IMG/VR virus record: IMGVR_UViG_3300011115_000717
Span: 43,929 to 107,928 of that record
Direction: 5' to 3' (one strand)
Length of the DNA stretch: 64,000 nt
DNA from: a virus
The notes beneath the pieces are model-generated. The model was not told where the DNA came from and searched no databases. It saw only the letters and a program-made list of their open reading frames with translations. Of the stretch, positions 1-10,368 are shown one piece after another; the stretch's first letter is position 1; the number at the start of each line of letters is the position of its first letter. The translations under genes were made by a program, and so were the position numbers.

Positions 1-1
1 T

Positions 2-832
2 AATCCAAACTTTAAATTGGAATATTATGATTTAAACGATGCATCTGCTTGTTACAAATATATAAATCAATACCAACCCAACGAAATTTATAACCTTGCA
101 GCTCAGTCTCATGTAAAGGTTTCTTTTGATATCCCAACTAACACAGTAGATGGAATTGTTCATGGTACATTAAATTGGCTTGAAGCAATAAGAAATACCA
201 ATACTTCTATTAAATTTTATCAAGCATCTTCTTCTGAAATGTTTGGTGATAGTCCAATTACAGAAGATACAGGATATAATGAAGATTCACCTTTAGTCCC
301 TGTCTCTCCATATGCGGCTGCAAAAGTATGTGCACATAACTTGGTGAATATTTACAGAAGATCATACGGATTACACGCCTGTTCGGGTATTTTGTTTAAC
401 CATGAATCCCCAAGGCGTGGTGAGACATTTGTTACCAGAAAGATTACTCTTGCTGCAGCCAAGATAAAACTTGGTTTACAAAACAAACTATATTTGGGTA
501 ATCTAACAGCAAAAAGAGATTGGGGATTTGCTGGTGATTATGTAAAAGCCATGCATCTTATGTTACAACATCATATTCCAGCTGATTATATAATTGCAAC
601 GGGAAAAACACATTCTATTCAAGAATTTGTAAAAGAAGTATTTGATTATGCTTCGTTAGACTATAATGAATATGTTGTGGTTGATTCAAAACTTTTTAGA
701 CCAATTGAAGTCCCTTATTTGCTTGGAAATTCAAGTAAAGCTCAAACCGATTTAGGGTGGAAACCTGTGATTGATATGAAACAATTAGCGCACATGATGT
801 ATGATGCAGATTTAAAATTATTACAGACTTGA
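2..832 (+). CDS. gmd: GDP-mannose 4,6-dehydratase (5'-truncated by window edge)
   Basis: NLAAQSHV, FYQASSSEMFG, PVSPYAAAK, GILFNHESPRRGETFVTRKIT, RDWG motifs; frame open to window start. Confidence 0.95.
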   Translation, partial: NPNFKLEYYDLNDASACYKYINQYQPNEIYNLAAQSHVKVSFDIPTNTVDGIVHGTLNWLEAIRNTNTSIKFYQASSSEMFGDSPITEDTGYNEDSPLVPVSPYAAAKVCAHNLVNIYRRSYGLHACSGILFNHESPRRGETFVTRKITLAAAKIKLGLQNKLYLGNLTAKRDWGFAGDYVKAMHLMLQHHIPADYIIATGKTHSIQEFVKEVFDYASLDYNEYVVVDSKLFRPIEVPYLLGNSSKAQTDLGWKPVIDMKQLAHMMYDADLKLLQT

Positions 833-856
833 CATTTACACCATTTGTGGTATAAT
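829..856 (+). promoter_or_regulatory. sigma70-type promoter of gp55, leaderless
   Basis: TTGACA-16nt-TATAAT, ATG 6 nt after the -10. Confidence 0.75.
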
Positions 857-862
857 TGACTA

Positions 863-1441
863 ATGGCAAAGGACAAAATAAAAAAATCAAAGAAACCAAA
901 AAGCAAAGATGGAGATTACGTTGATAACTCTGTCTTGTATCAAGAGTTAGTTGAATATAAAAAGAAAAAGAATGATGCAGAAAACTCTGGTAAAAAGAAA
1001 CCAAAGTTACCTGATTATGTTGGTGACGCAATTTTAAAAATTGCAAACCGATTATCTTTTCGCCCAAACTTTGCCAATTATACCTACCGGGAAGAAATGG
1101 TATCGGATGCAGTTTTAAACTGTGTTACCTATATTGATAATTTTGATCCAGATATTTCTAAATCCCCATTCGGATATTTGACCCAGATATGCTGGTTCTC
1201 GTTTGTTCGTATAATCAACAAAGAGAAAAAAGAAAAGTATATTCAATTTAAAGTTGCTCAAAACCAAAATAACCCAGAGTTTCATAGATGGTTTAATGAA
1301 ACTTTTTCTGGAGTCGAAAATGGGTTTAAGGATGCATTTGGTATTGGTGAACCAGAAGTAGAAAAAATGGATAAACTGCTTGAAGGTAAAAGAAAAGGTC
1401 GAAAGAAGAAGACCCAAGATGGAGGTTCCTTGAATGTGTAA
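863..1441 (+). CDS. gp55: T4-like late sigma factor gp55
   Basis: YVDN, KIANRLSFRPNFANYTYREEMVSDA, NFDP..SKSPFGYLTQI; synteny 55-47-46. Confidence 0.93.
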   Translation: MAKDKIKKSKKPKSKDGDYVDNSVLYQELVEYKKKKNDAENSGKKKPKLPDYVGDAILKIANRLSFRPNFANYTYREEMVSDAVLNCVTYIDNFDPDISKSPFGYLTQICWFSFVRIINKEKKEKYIQFKVAQNQNNPEFHRWFNETFSGVENGFKDAFGIGEPEVEKMDKLLEGKRKGRKKKTQDGGSLNV

Positions 1442-2492
1442 AGCGATTATCTTGAATGATAGTCACTTTGGATTCAAAGGTGATTCCACTGTTGTAAACG
1501 AATACTTTATTCGGTTCTTTGAGGAACAACTGTTTCCTTATATCGAAGAACATAAAATTCAATATGTATTTCATTTGGGCGATTTGTTTGATCGCCGAAA
1601 GTATATTAATTTTAGAACTCTAAATCAAGTTCGAGAAAGAGTATTTGATGTCTTTGAAAAGTTGGGTACAGAGAACCACATTATCTGTGGAAATCATGAT
1701 ACCTTTTTCAGAAATAATAATTCATTAAATTCATTAACTGAAATGTTGTCCAAGTATAAAAACTGGACGGTATATTCGGAACCAACAGACTTACAGTTTG
1801 GTCCAAACAAAGAATATTCAGTAGCATTGCTTCCGTGGATCAATTCTGAGAATGAAGATCGATCAGGTACTTTTATCAAAGAAAGCAATTCTACGATCTT
1901 ATTGGGTCACCTTGAGTTAGCTGGCTTTCAAAGTATTCGTGGTGTCTTTATTGATGCGGGTTACGATCCCACATACTTTAGTCGTTATGAGTATGTGTTA
2001 ACCGGACATTATCATGTATCTTCTCGTAGAGATAATATTCATTATCTTGGTACACAATATCAAATGGCTTTCTCAGATGTATGGGAGAAAAAAGGATTCC
2101 ATGTATTTGATTTTGCAACCCGAGAACTTGAGTTCATTGAGAACCCAATGAAACTTTTTTATACCATAGACTATAACGAAGATGAGAAACTAAAATTAGA
2201 CTATGAAACATACAAAGATTCATATGTTAAAATCTTTGTAAAGAAGAAGACTAAACCACTTCCTTTTGAAAAGTTTATAGATAAATTTTATGAAGCCGGA
2301 GTTGCTGACTTATCTATCTCAGAAGAAGTTCCACAAACAACAGAAGCTCTTGATATTGATATAGAAAAAGATACTCTACAGTTGTTGTATGAAGAGATCA
2401 ACAACATAGAAGAGAAACTTGACAAAAACTTCTTACATGATATTATCACTACAACATATCAAACTGCACTCGTAGGTGACATAGATGATTGA
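1434..2492 (+). CDS. gp47: Recombination nuclease subunit gp47 (Mre11/SbcD-like)
   Basis: DSHFG, LGDLFDRRK, GNHD, GHLE, GHYH phosphoesterase motifs. Confidence 0.95.
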   Translation: MCKAIILNDSHFGFKGDSTVVNEYFIRFFEEQLFPYIEEHKIQYVFHLGDLFDRRKYINFRTLNQVRERVFDVFEKLGTENHIICGNHDTFFRNNNSLNSLTEMLSKYKNWTVYSEPTDLQFGPNKEYSVALLPWINSENEDRSGTFIKESNSTILLGHLELAGFQSIRGVFIDAGYDPTYFSRYEYVLTGHYHVSSRRDNIHYLGTQYQMAFSDVWEKKGFHVFDFATRELEFIENPMKLFYTIDYNEDEKLKLDYETYKDSYVKIFVKKKTKPLPFEKFIDKFYEAGVADLSISEEVPQTTEALDIDIEKDTLQLLYEEINNIEEKLDKNFLHDIITTTYQTALVGDIDD

Positions 2493-4206
2493 ATTCAAAA
2501 AAATACGTATTAAAAACTTTGGATCATTTGGTAACTCGTTTTCCGAGATTGAGTTGGATAACTATAAGTTAACTCTTGTAACAGGTACCAATGGACACGG
2601 TAAGTCATTTGCGTTTTTAGATTCAATAACCTTTGCACTCTTTGGTAAGCCATTTCGTCCTGTAAATATTCCTCAACTAATCAATAGTATCAATAATAAA
2701 AATTGTGTTGTTGAGATTGACTTTTTCAAGGGTAAGACCAAATATATGGTCAGACGGGGATTAGCCCCTAAAATTTTTGAAATCTATAAGGATGACATTT
2801 TATTAGACCAAAATGCCAAATCTAAAGATTATCAGGAGATGTTAGAGCAAAATATTTTAAGTTTTGGTTATGCTGCTTTTAAGCAGGTAGTTATTCTGGG
2901 GAAAAGCTCTTTTACGCCCTTCATGCAATTAACCCCCGCAGAGCGCAGAAAGATCATAGAAGGGCTCCTGGACCTCGATATCCTTGCTGAAATGGCAACG
3001 GTGGTGAAGGGCAAACTCTCAGATCTTAAAGGACACATTCAAACTACTCAAAGTTTGATGACCATTACGAATGAAAAATTAAAGTCCCAAAAAGAGATAC
3101 AAAAGCAGGTTAAACAAAATTACGATGATTTGATAGATCGAAATAATAATAAAATTGCAGAACTTCATGCAAAAGATAGTGTTCTGGTAGCCGCATATAA
3201 TACAGCAACCAGTACTTTAAATGATTTAAAGACTAAAAGTACGGAATTAGACAAAAAGATCTTTAAATTTAAGAATTTTGTTTCTATAGAAAGTAAATTG
3301 TCTGTACAATATGAGACGTTATGTGCAGAAATATTAACAACTGAATCACAACAGTCATGTAGTTGCTGTGGTCAAGATTTGACCGAAGCAGTTAAATGTG
3401 AAATTTTGAGTTCTAAGTATAGTAGACGAGACGAGTATAAAACGGCACTGGAAGAGGTTTCTGTAAAACTCAAAGAACTTACCGAATTGGAGGAAACAAA
3501 AGAGGAATTACAGACAGTGTTGAAGAAGGCAGTAATGGACCAGACCATGGCTACTAGGGAAAAGCAAATTCTCCAAAACCGTATTGAAGAATTAACGGAA
3601 GAAAATGCTGATCTTGAAACGAAGCATCTGGACAACAACGAAATTTATGATACAATCAAAACTACCGAGCAAGAGATTAAGAGTCAAACGAAAATTTATC
3701 AAACGGCAATCAAAGAGCAGATTCATTATGATGTTGTGTATGATCTTCTGCGTGATGGCGGCTTAAAAAGTAAGATCATTCGACACTATGTTCCGGTCAT
3801 CAATAATTTTGTTAATAAATATCTAGAGAAACTGAATCTATATGTTGATTTTAATTTGAACCAAGAATTCAAAGAAACAATCAAATCAAGATATAGAGAT
3901 GAGTTTTCCTATCTGTCCTTCTCAGAAGGAGAGAAGCAAAGAATTGATTTAGCAATTTTGATGACTTGGCGAGAGATAGCAAAGATGAAGAATAGTTTAA
4001 ACTGCAACCTATTGATATTTGATGAAATACTTGATTCATCATTAGATGCAACGGGAACTGAAAACTTCTTAAAGATACTGACCAAAATGAAAAACAAATG
4101 CTCAGTTTTTATCATCTCACACAAGAGTGATCAACTCATTGATAAATTTGATCAAGGAATACAGATAGAGAAGAAAAATAATTTCTCTAGAATAAAAACA
4201 ACGTAA
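2485..4206 (+). CDS. gp46: Recombination ATPase gp46 (Rad50/SbcC-like)
   Basis: Walker A GTNGHGKS, coiled coil with CxxC hook, FSEGEKQRIDLA signature, DEILDSSLD. Confidence 0.95.
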   Translation: MIEFKKIRIKNFGSFGNSFSEIELDNYKLTLVTGTNGHGKSFAFLDSITFALFGKPFRPVNIPQLINSINNKNCVVEIDFFKGKTKYMVRRGLAPKIFEIYKDDILLDQNAKSKDYQEMLEQNILSFGYAAFKQVVILGKSSFTPFMQLTPAERRKIIEGLLDLDILAEMATVVKGKLSDLKGHIQTTQSLMTITNEKLKSQKEIQKQVKQNYDDLIDRNNNKIAELHAKDSVLVAAYNTATSTLNDLKTKSTELDKKIFKFKNFVSIESKLSVQYETLCAEILTTESQQSCSCCGQDLTEAVKCEILSSKYSRRDEYKTALEEVSVKLKELTELEETKEELQTVLKKAVMDQTMATREKQILQNRIEELTEENADLETKHLDNNEIYDTIKTTEQEIKSQTKIYQTAIKEQIHYDVVYDLLRDGGLKSKIIRHYVPVINNFVNKYLEKLNLYVDFNLNQEFKETIKSRYRDEFSYLSFSEGEKQRIDLAILMTWREIAKMKNSLNCNLLIFDEILDSSLDATGTENFLKILTKMKNKCSVFIISHKSDQLIDKFDQGIQIEKKNNFSRIKTT

Positions 4207-4211
4207 CCGTC

Positions 4212-4400
4212 ATGAACCCAGAAAATTTTGAAAAATTTAATAACCGTCCGAATCAGAAGATGTTTAAGTCACAAAACGGAAAGAAGCGCAATCAGCGTGA
4301 ACGCCGTAATAATCGGTATCAAGTAAAAAATATAATAAATGACTTGATTGTTAATGTGGATCCAGTGTATAATAAGCCTAATCATAATGACGAAAACTAA
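4212..4400 (+). CDS. Small basic hypothetical protein
   Basis: Fills the gp46-gp45 gap in operon orientation. Confidence 0.55.
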   Translation: MNPENFEKFNNRPNQKMFKSQNGKKRNQRERRNNRYQVKNIINDLIVNVDPVYNKPNHNDEN

Positions 4401-5049
4401 ATTAAAACTATCGCGTACCACACTCAGTATTTTAAAAAATCTAGCCGGAATCAATTCTAACTTATTGATTAAGCCGGGTAATGTAATCAAGACGGTTTCA
4501 CCAAGCAAGACTTTGTTTGTTGAAGCCCAAGTCGAAGAAGACTTTCCGGTTGAGGTTGCTATCTGGGATCTTGGACAGTTCCTTGGAGTAGTTAGCCTGT
4601 TTCAAGATCCAGAGTTTGAGTTTGATGACAATTGTGTAACAGTTCAATCAAATAACTCTGCAGTAAAGTATTTCTATTCTGCTCCTGCCCTACTAACTGT
4701 TCCTACAAAGAACTTGATCATGCCTGCAGTATTGTATGAGTTTCCACTCACACAGGCTACTTTTTCTGAACTAAGCAAGGCATCTGCAGTGCTACAAGTC
4801 AGTGATCTTGAAATGCGTGGAGAAGATGGTGTAGTCTCTCTTACCGTATCTAAGAAGAATGATCCTAGTTCCAACTCATATACAGTAAATGTAGGCAAAA
4901 CCGACGGTGATTTTTCTTATACTCTTGATATGTCAAATCTAAAGTTACTTCAGGGTGATTACACTGTATCTCTAACCGATACTGTTGTAAGTCGTTTTGC
5001 CCATGATACTATGAGTCTGAATTATTATATCGCCGTCGAAAAGAACTGA
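4387..5049 (+). CDS. gp45: Sliding clamp gp45
   Basis: KLSRTTLSILKNLAGINSNL, IWDLGQFL, NLKLLQGDY, YYIAVE; start moved to ATG 4387. Confidence 0.93.
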   Translation: MTKTKLKLSRTTLSILKNLAGINSNLLIKPGNVIKTVSPSKTLFVEAQVEEDFPVEVAIWDLGQFLGVVSLFQDPEFEFDDNCVTVQSNNSAVKYFYSAPALLTVPTKNLIMPAVLYEFPLTQATFSELSKASAVLQVSDLEMRGEDGVVSLTVSKKNDPSSNSYTVNVGKTDGDFSYTLDMSNLKLLQGDYTVSLTDTVVSRFAHDTMSLNYYIAVEKN

Positions 5050-5056
5050 GGTAACT

Positions 5057-6010
5057 GTGAGTAATGTTTCCGATATTTCGGATTTGATTTGGGTCGAAAA
5101 GTATCGTCCAAAATCAATAAATGATTGTATTCTTCCCCATAGCCTGAAAAGCACATTTGAAGGCATTGTAAAAAACAAGAAGATGCCCAATTTGATGCTA
5201 TGTGGTAAACCCGGTACAGGGAAAACCACAGTAGCACGGGCTTTGTGTAATGAATTGGATATTGACTATATTATCATCAACTGCTCCGAGCAGAATGGTA
5301 TTGATACCCTACGAACAACAATTCGTTCGTATGCATCAACCAAAGCATTGAATGGTAACAAAAAGGTTATTATTCTTGATGAGTTTGACTATGCAAATCC
5401 TCAGTCTATGCAGCCAGCACTACGCGGTGCAATGGAAGAGTTTGCAGTCAATTGTAATTTTATTTTGACATGTAATTACAAAAGTAGAATTATTGATCCG
5501 ATTCACAGTCGCTGTACTGTTATTGATTTTGTATTCCCACCCAATGACCGATCTGTAATTGCATTAAAAATGCTTGGTAGATGTCAGCATATACTAAAGT
5601 CTGAAAAGATCAAGGGTGAACCAGAAGTTTTGGCGAGTCTCATTGTCAAACATTTTCCCGATTTTAGACGGGTTATCAATGAGATGCAAAGATATTCGGC
5701 ACATGGTGAGATTGATATCGGTATTCTTACCAATACAGAAGACAGCGATATTAAAGAATTGATTGCGTTCATGCGCAAGAAAGACTTTGGTTCTTGTCGT
5801 AAGTGGGTTGCTACGAGTTCAGAAACAGGCTCTCCTGATTTTTATAGAAAGATCTATGATATCCTGTATAACTGTCTCAAAAAGCCTTCTATCCCATCAA
5901 TGATTCTGATTATCTCGGATTATCAATACAAATCTGCATTTGTGGCTGATCAAGAAATCAATAACATGGCAATGATTTGTCAGTTAATGATGGAATGTGA
6001 GTTTGAATAA
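5057..6010 (+). CDS. gp44: Clamp loader AAA+ subunit gp44
   Basis: WVEKYRP, GKPGTGKTT, DEFD, SRC, FPDFRR. Confidence 0.96.
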   Translation: MSNVSDISDLIWVEKYRPKSINDCILPHSLKSTFEGIVKNKKMPNLMLCGKPGTGKTTVARALCNELDIDYIIINCSEQNGIDTLRTTIRSYASTKALNGNKKVIILDEFDYANPQSMQPALRGAMEEFAVNCNFILTCNYKSRIIDPIHSRCTVIDFVFPPNDRSVIALKMLGRCQHILKSEKIKGEPEVLASLIVKHFPDFRRVINEMQRYSAHGEIDIGILTNTEDSDIKELIAFMRKKDFGSCRKWVATSSETGSPDFYRKIYDILYNCLKKPSIPSMILIISDYQYKSAFVADQEINNMAMICQLMMECEFE

Positions 6011-6390
6011 TGCAATTAAAAGACTTTCTGAATAGTATCAATTCATCTAAAGAAAACCTATTAGATGCAGATGTCAAATCAGAAAAATTGTATTTACCGT
6101 TTATTGTAAATAAATGTCTATCATATTTTCCAGATACATTATTTACAGTAAATCAGATTAATCAGGTACCTCATATTGATAAAAAAATGCAATATGATTA
6201 TTTGTTATACTCTGTTCGAGCCAAGAAGCGATTTGCTCCTTGGATTAAAAAGGTAGAAGATTCTAAAATTGAGTTATTAAAACAAGCCTATCATATTTCT
6301 GAAAAGAAAGCCTTAGAGATAGCAGATTTGATTAATGAAGATCAATTAGCTGAAATCCTACAATCGCAGTATACTGGCGGACATAAATAA
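6010..6390 (+). CDS. gp62: Clamp loader small subunit gp62
   Basis: FLNSIN..K, YLPFIVNKCLSYFPDT, QYDYL, KKRFAPW; follows gp44. Confidence 0.9.
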   Translation: MQLKDFLNSINSSKENLLDADVKSEKLYLPFIVNKCLSYFPDTLFTVNQINQVPHIDKKMQYDYLLYSVRAKKRFAPWIKKVEDSKIELLKQAYHISEKKALEIADLINEDQLAEILQSQYTGGHK

Positions 6391-6411
6391 CTCTGTTACT
6401 GAGGAGTTATT

Positions 6412-6834
6412 ATGTCGATTAATAATGATATATTTAAAGGGGTAGGTGTCCCTGTCAAACTTTTAAAACCAGATAATTATTTGGTAATCAAAGAAACACT
6501 TGAACGTATTGGGGTTAGCCCCAAAAATAAAAAGGTTCTTTATCAATCATGTCACATTCTTCATAAAAATGATAATTATATAATTGCGCATTTTAAAGAA
6601 TTATTTAAATTAGATAATTTAAAATCAGAAGTATCAGAAGAAGATATATCCCGTCGTAATGCTATTATTAATTTATTAGAAGAATGGGATCTGATTGAAG
6701 TTCTTGATGAAAGTTTGATGGAAAATATCATGCCAATTAATGGACTAAAAATTCTTCAGTATAGTGAAAGAGATACCTGGGATCTTATCCCAAAATTTAA
6801 TACAGGAACCCTTAGAAAATTTTTCTCGGAGTGA
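6412..6834 (+). CDS. regA: Translational repressor RegA
   Basis: KETLERIGV, LYQSCHILHK, HFKELFKLD, RRNAI..LL.EW.L, W.LIPK. Confidence 0.93.
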   Translation: MSINNDIFKGVGVPVKLLKPDNYLVIKETLERIGVSPKNKKVLYQSCHILHKNDNYIIAHFKELFKLDNLKSEVSEEDISRRNAIINLLEEWDLIEVLDESLMENIMPINGLKILQYSERDTWDLIPKFNTGTLRKFFSE

Positions 6835-6837
6835 ACA

Positions 6838-8118
6838 ATGCATAAAATTACACTGTGTATGATCGTAAAAAACGAATCGCATATTATTAAAGAATGTTTG
6901 GAGTCAGTTGCAAAGTACATTGATTATTACGTAATCTGTGATACGGGATCAACCGATGCAACCAAGACTATTATTAAAGAGTATTTTGATTCAGTCAATA
7001 TTCCCGGTGAAATCCATGACCACGAATGGGTTGATTTCGGATTTAATAGAACAAAAGCATTTGACCAATGTCGTGGAAAGACAAAATGGGTCTTGATGAT
7101 TGATGCTGATGATTATATTGAAGGTAATATGCCTACAAACTTTGATGATACTATTGATGGTTATTCCGTTAATATCATGAGAGGTAATTTTCAGTGGAAG
7201 CGTGTTCAGATTTTTAATCTTGATAACAAGCACTGGAAATACGAAGAACCAATTCACGAGTATCCAATTGCTGAACTGCCAATGAATGTACATCACTTGA
7301 ATGGTGAATATGCATTCCAAGTTCGTACAGCAGGATATCGTACAATTTCTTGTGCAACTCAACAAGAAAAATATTGGAAAGATTATCTTCTATTAGAAGC
7401 AGCCTTACTTAAAGATCCAACCTCTTTACGTAAACAATTCTACCTAGCACAATCTGCATTTGATTGCCAGAAGTTTGATTTAGCTGAACAAGCTTATCAG
7501 AAGCGTGTTGATATGGGTGGGTGGAATGAAGAAGTTTTCTTTTCTCAACTTCGTGTAGCCTTTTGCAGAGAACTGCAAGGTAAACCTGTTGAAGAAGTTG
7601 CAGATGCTTTTCTGAAGTCATGGGAAATTCGACCATCAAGAGCAGAACCTCTTTATCATCTATCTTGTGTCTATCGCAAACACGGAAGACCAGCCCCAGC
7701 GTTTATGGCTGCTGTTCAAGCGTTATCGATTCCAAAACCAGAAAATGATATTTTGTTTGTAGATTCAGATCCATATATTTGGGGAATTTTAGATGAAATT
7801 ACTTCTACTGCACACAGTGTAGGTAAATTCCATTTAGGGTTACAGGCTGCAGATAGACTATTAAATGAAAGTTTGATTCCACCGGATCAAATTGAAAGAG
7901 TTCAAAAGAATCGGCAAGCATACTACAATAAAGTTATTGAGATTCAGGCACACATTGCTGAACAAAATAAAGCTAAAGTAGAAGCACAAGCTAAAGTAGA
8001 TACTAAAGTAATTCCATCTACTACATTAAGTTTGACAAAACCAACTGTAAGTATGTCACCTCCAACAAAAGTATATGGGCAGGAACATAAATTCAAGAAA
8101 AAGAAAGTAAAAAAATAG
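6838..8118 (+). CDS. Family 2 glycosyltransferase with C-terminal TPR-like repeats
   Basis: LCMIVKNE, ICDTGSTD, DFGFNRT, IDADD, PIHEY; FYLAQS and RPSRAEPLY helical repeats. Confidence 0.88.
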   Translation: MHKITLCMIVKNESHIIKECLESVAKYIDYYVICDTGSTDATKTIIKEYFDSVNIPGEIHDHEWVDFGFNRTKAFDQCRGKTKWVLMIDADDYIEGNMPTNFDDTIDGYSVNIMRGNFQWKRVQIFNLDNKHWKYEEPIHEYPIAELPMNVHHLNGEYAFQVRTAGYRTISCATQQEKYWKDYLLLEAALLKDPTSLRKQFYLAQSAFDCQKFDLAEQAYQKRVDMGGWNEEVFFSQLRVAFCRELQGKPVEEVADAFLKSWEIRPSRAEPLYHLSCVYRKHGRPAPAFMAAVQALSIPKPENDILFVDSDPYIWGILDEITSTAHSVGKFHLGLQAADRLLNESLIPPDQIERVQKNRQAYYNKVIEIQAHIAEQNKAKVEAQAKVDTKVIPSTTLSLTKPTVSMSPPTKVYGQEHKFKKKKVKK

Positions 8119-8162
8119 TATCTAGTACGATCTAAATATTATACTAAGCCATACATTTATGT

Positions 8163-10349
8163 ATGGCTAGTTCTTTTAATACCATGAATGATATATCTAA
8201 ATCTATTAAACTAATTAAAGAGTGCCAATATTTAACTATTGGTTCTGATTATTTTATAGTAGATCATGTCTCCAATCCAACTACAATTAAAATAGGACAT
8301 GGATTCGGTGAGATCAAATTAAAAGATACCAAAAATAATGAATTTATTTTAAATGGTAATTTAAATAAAATTGGACAATTATTTAAACCAAATAATCTCT
8401 TTGAGGTTGTTGGTGGTTCGTCCTATATTTTAAAAACTAATATTGATACTTTTCAATTAAATAGCGAATGGAAAGAATTTCCTACAGCCACTTTGGTTGA
8501 ACAATTCATTGATGTTGGTGTTGGTGTTTCAAGTAAAATATTTGTTGAAAAGTCTTCAAATAAAGTTGTTAAATTTGTTGGTAATTTAAATAAAATAAAC
8601 AGTTTATTTGAAGAAATTCTTATTGCTCCTGTTACACCACATCCTGTTTTAATCGTAGAACAACAAAGATCCGTAAGAACTAAAACAATTCCCGGACCAA
8701 TTGGTCCAGTTGGTTTAGCTGGCGTTCAGGGTGAGATGGGTCCAACTGGTATTATTGGTACACCAGGTACCAAAGGAGATACTGGAGAAAAAGGAGACAA
8801 AGGTGACCAAGGAGACAAAGGCGATCAAGGAGAAATTGGACCCGTTGGTGAAATTGGTCCACCTGGTATACAGGGCATACAAGGAATACAAGGTCCACCT
8901 GGACAAGATGGTAGTGTCGGTCCTCAAGGTGATGTTGGACCTCAAGGATTGGTTGGTCCGCAAGGTATCCAAGGTAAACCAGGATCGAATGGACAGAATG
9001 GCAAAGATGGAATCCAGGGCGCGATTGGACCTCAAGGTCCGATGGGCGAAAAAGGAGATCGCGGCGAGAAAGGCGAAAAGGGAGATCGAGGCCAAAATGG
9101 TCTACAAGGAATCCCAGGAGTTGCCGGTACAGTTGGACAAAAAGGCGATAAAGGTGACAAAGGAGAGATAGGTCCTATAGGAATATCTCCTGTCATAACA
9201 GCCGAATATCCTGTTATATTAAAAGAAGGAAAAATTTCTTTTGATGCTCAAAAAATAACAGCACTACTTGATCAATTTAAAAATCAAGATATACAAAAAG
9301 CAATTGATAGTTTTGCAAAAACTGCTACACCAGGTGGTGGTGGTTTAGGTATTTTATTCCTAGGATCCAGAGTTTTAAAATCAGTTAATGATATTAATTT
9401 TACTGGTAGCGGTGTTACAGTTATACAACGTGGTAAAGGTGTAGAAGTAAATATTCCTGGTGGATCTGGTGGAGGTGGTGCAGTAAATAAAATTATTGCT
9501 GGTAGTGGAATTTTAGTTTCTCCTTCTGGTGGTACTGGTGATGTAACTATAACAAATCTGATATCTGTAAAGGCTACTGAAGGAACTATTCAAGTTGCTA
9601 ATGGTAGTGATTTATTTGGAGACTCGGGATTTAGATATAATTATTCGACAGATGGTTCGTTACAGACACCAAAATCTTTTAAATTGGGAACCCTAGATCC
9701 AGATAGTTTTTTACAGTTTCATGATGGATCACAACAATTTACAGCTGCCAACACCTTTACATATGGAACAACTGCATCACCTGGATTTACTCATGGTGAT
9801 CGGTGGATGTCTTCCGATACCGGTATTGAATATGTTTATGTCAATGATGGTAATACTCCGCAGTGGGTTCAGCCTACTAATACAAGTGGTGGGCAAGCAT
9901 ATTCTCCAGTATATGGTTCATTCTATGACACCACAACTCAAGGTGCTACTTTAGGTAATACTGGATATGCAATGACGTTTAATTCAACAGATTACTCAAA
10001 TGGGGTATCTATTGTAAGTAATAGTCGTATAACATTAGATTATACTGGAATATATAATGTTCAATTTTCTGCACAGTTGAATAAATCAACTGCTTCAAAG
10101 TCCCATATTGATATTTGGCTAAGAAAAAATGGAACAGATATATCAAATACAAATACTTCAATGTCTTTAGCCGGATCAGATGCTAAAACAGTAGCGGCAT
10201 GGAACTTTTTTGTAGGAGTGACTGCAGGAGATTATCTTCAACTTATGTGGGCTACAGATGATACAAATAGTAATATTTTATATCAGACCGCAACTTCTGT
10301 GCACCCAGCCACACCTTCCATCATTTTAACCGTAAATAAAACAAATTAA
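8163..10349 (+). CDS. Collagen triple-helix fibre protein with C-terminal C1q-like beta domain
   Basis: Long Gly-X-Y tract (~8690-9180), GDRW..DTG.EYVY..DG...QWV fibre module, YGSFYDTTTQ...IWLRKNG...AAWNF head. Confidence 0.8.
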   Translation: MASSFNTMNDISKSIKLIKECQYLTIGSDYFIVDHVSNPTTIKIGHGFGEIKLKDTKNNEFILNGNLNKIGQLFKPNNLFEVVGGSSYILKTNIDTFQLNSEWKEFPTATLVEQFIDVGVGVSSKIFVEKSSNKVVKFVGNLNKINSLFEEILIAPVTPHPVLIVEQQRSVRTKTIPGPIGPVGLAGVQGEMGPTGIIGTPGTKGDTGEKGDKGDQGDKGDQGEIGPVGEIGPPGIQGIQGIQGPPGQDGSVGPQGDVGPQGLVGPQGIQGKPGSNGQNGKDGIQGAIGPQGPMGEKGDRGEKGEKGDRGQNGLQGIPGVAGTVGQKGDKGDKGEIGPIGISPVITAEYPVILKEGKISFDAQKITALLDQFKNQDIQKAIDSFAKTATPGGGGLGILFLGSRVLKSVNDINFTGSGVTVIQRGKGVEVNIPGGSGGGGAVNKIIAGSGILVSPSGGTGDVTITNLISVKATEGTIQVANGSDLFGDSGFRYNYSTDGSLQTPKSFKLGTLDPDSFLQFHDGSQQFTAANTFTYGTTASPGFTHGDRWMSSDTGIEYVYVNDGNTPQWVQPTNTSGGQAYSPVYGSFYDTTTQGATLGNTGYAMTFNSTDYSNGVSIVSNSRITLDYTGIYNVQFSAQLNKSTASKSHIDIWLRKNGTDISNTNTSMSLAGSDAKTVAAWNFFVGVTAGDYLQLMWATDDTNSNILYQTATSVHPATPSIILTVNKTN

Positions 10350-10368
10350 TAAAGATAAATATTAACAC

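Noticed and set aside
8715-9171. Alternative-frame ORFs over the collagen repeat
   Set aside because: By-products of Gly-X-Y periodicity
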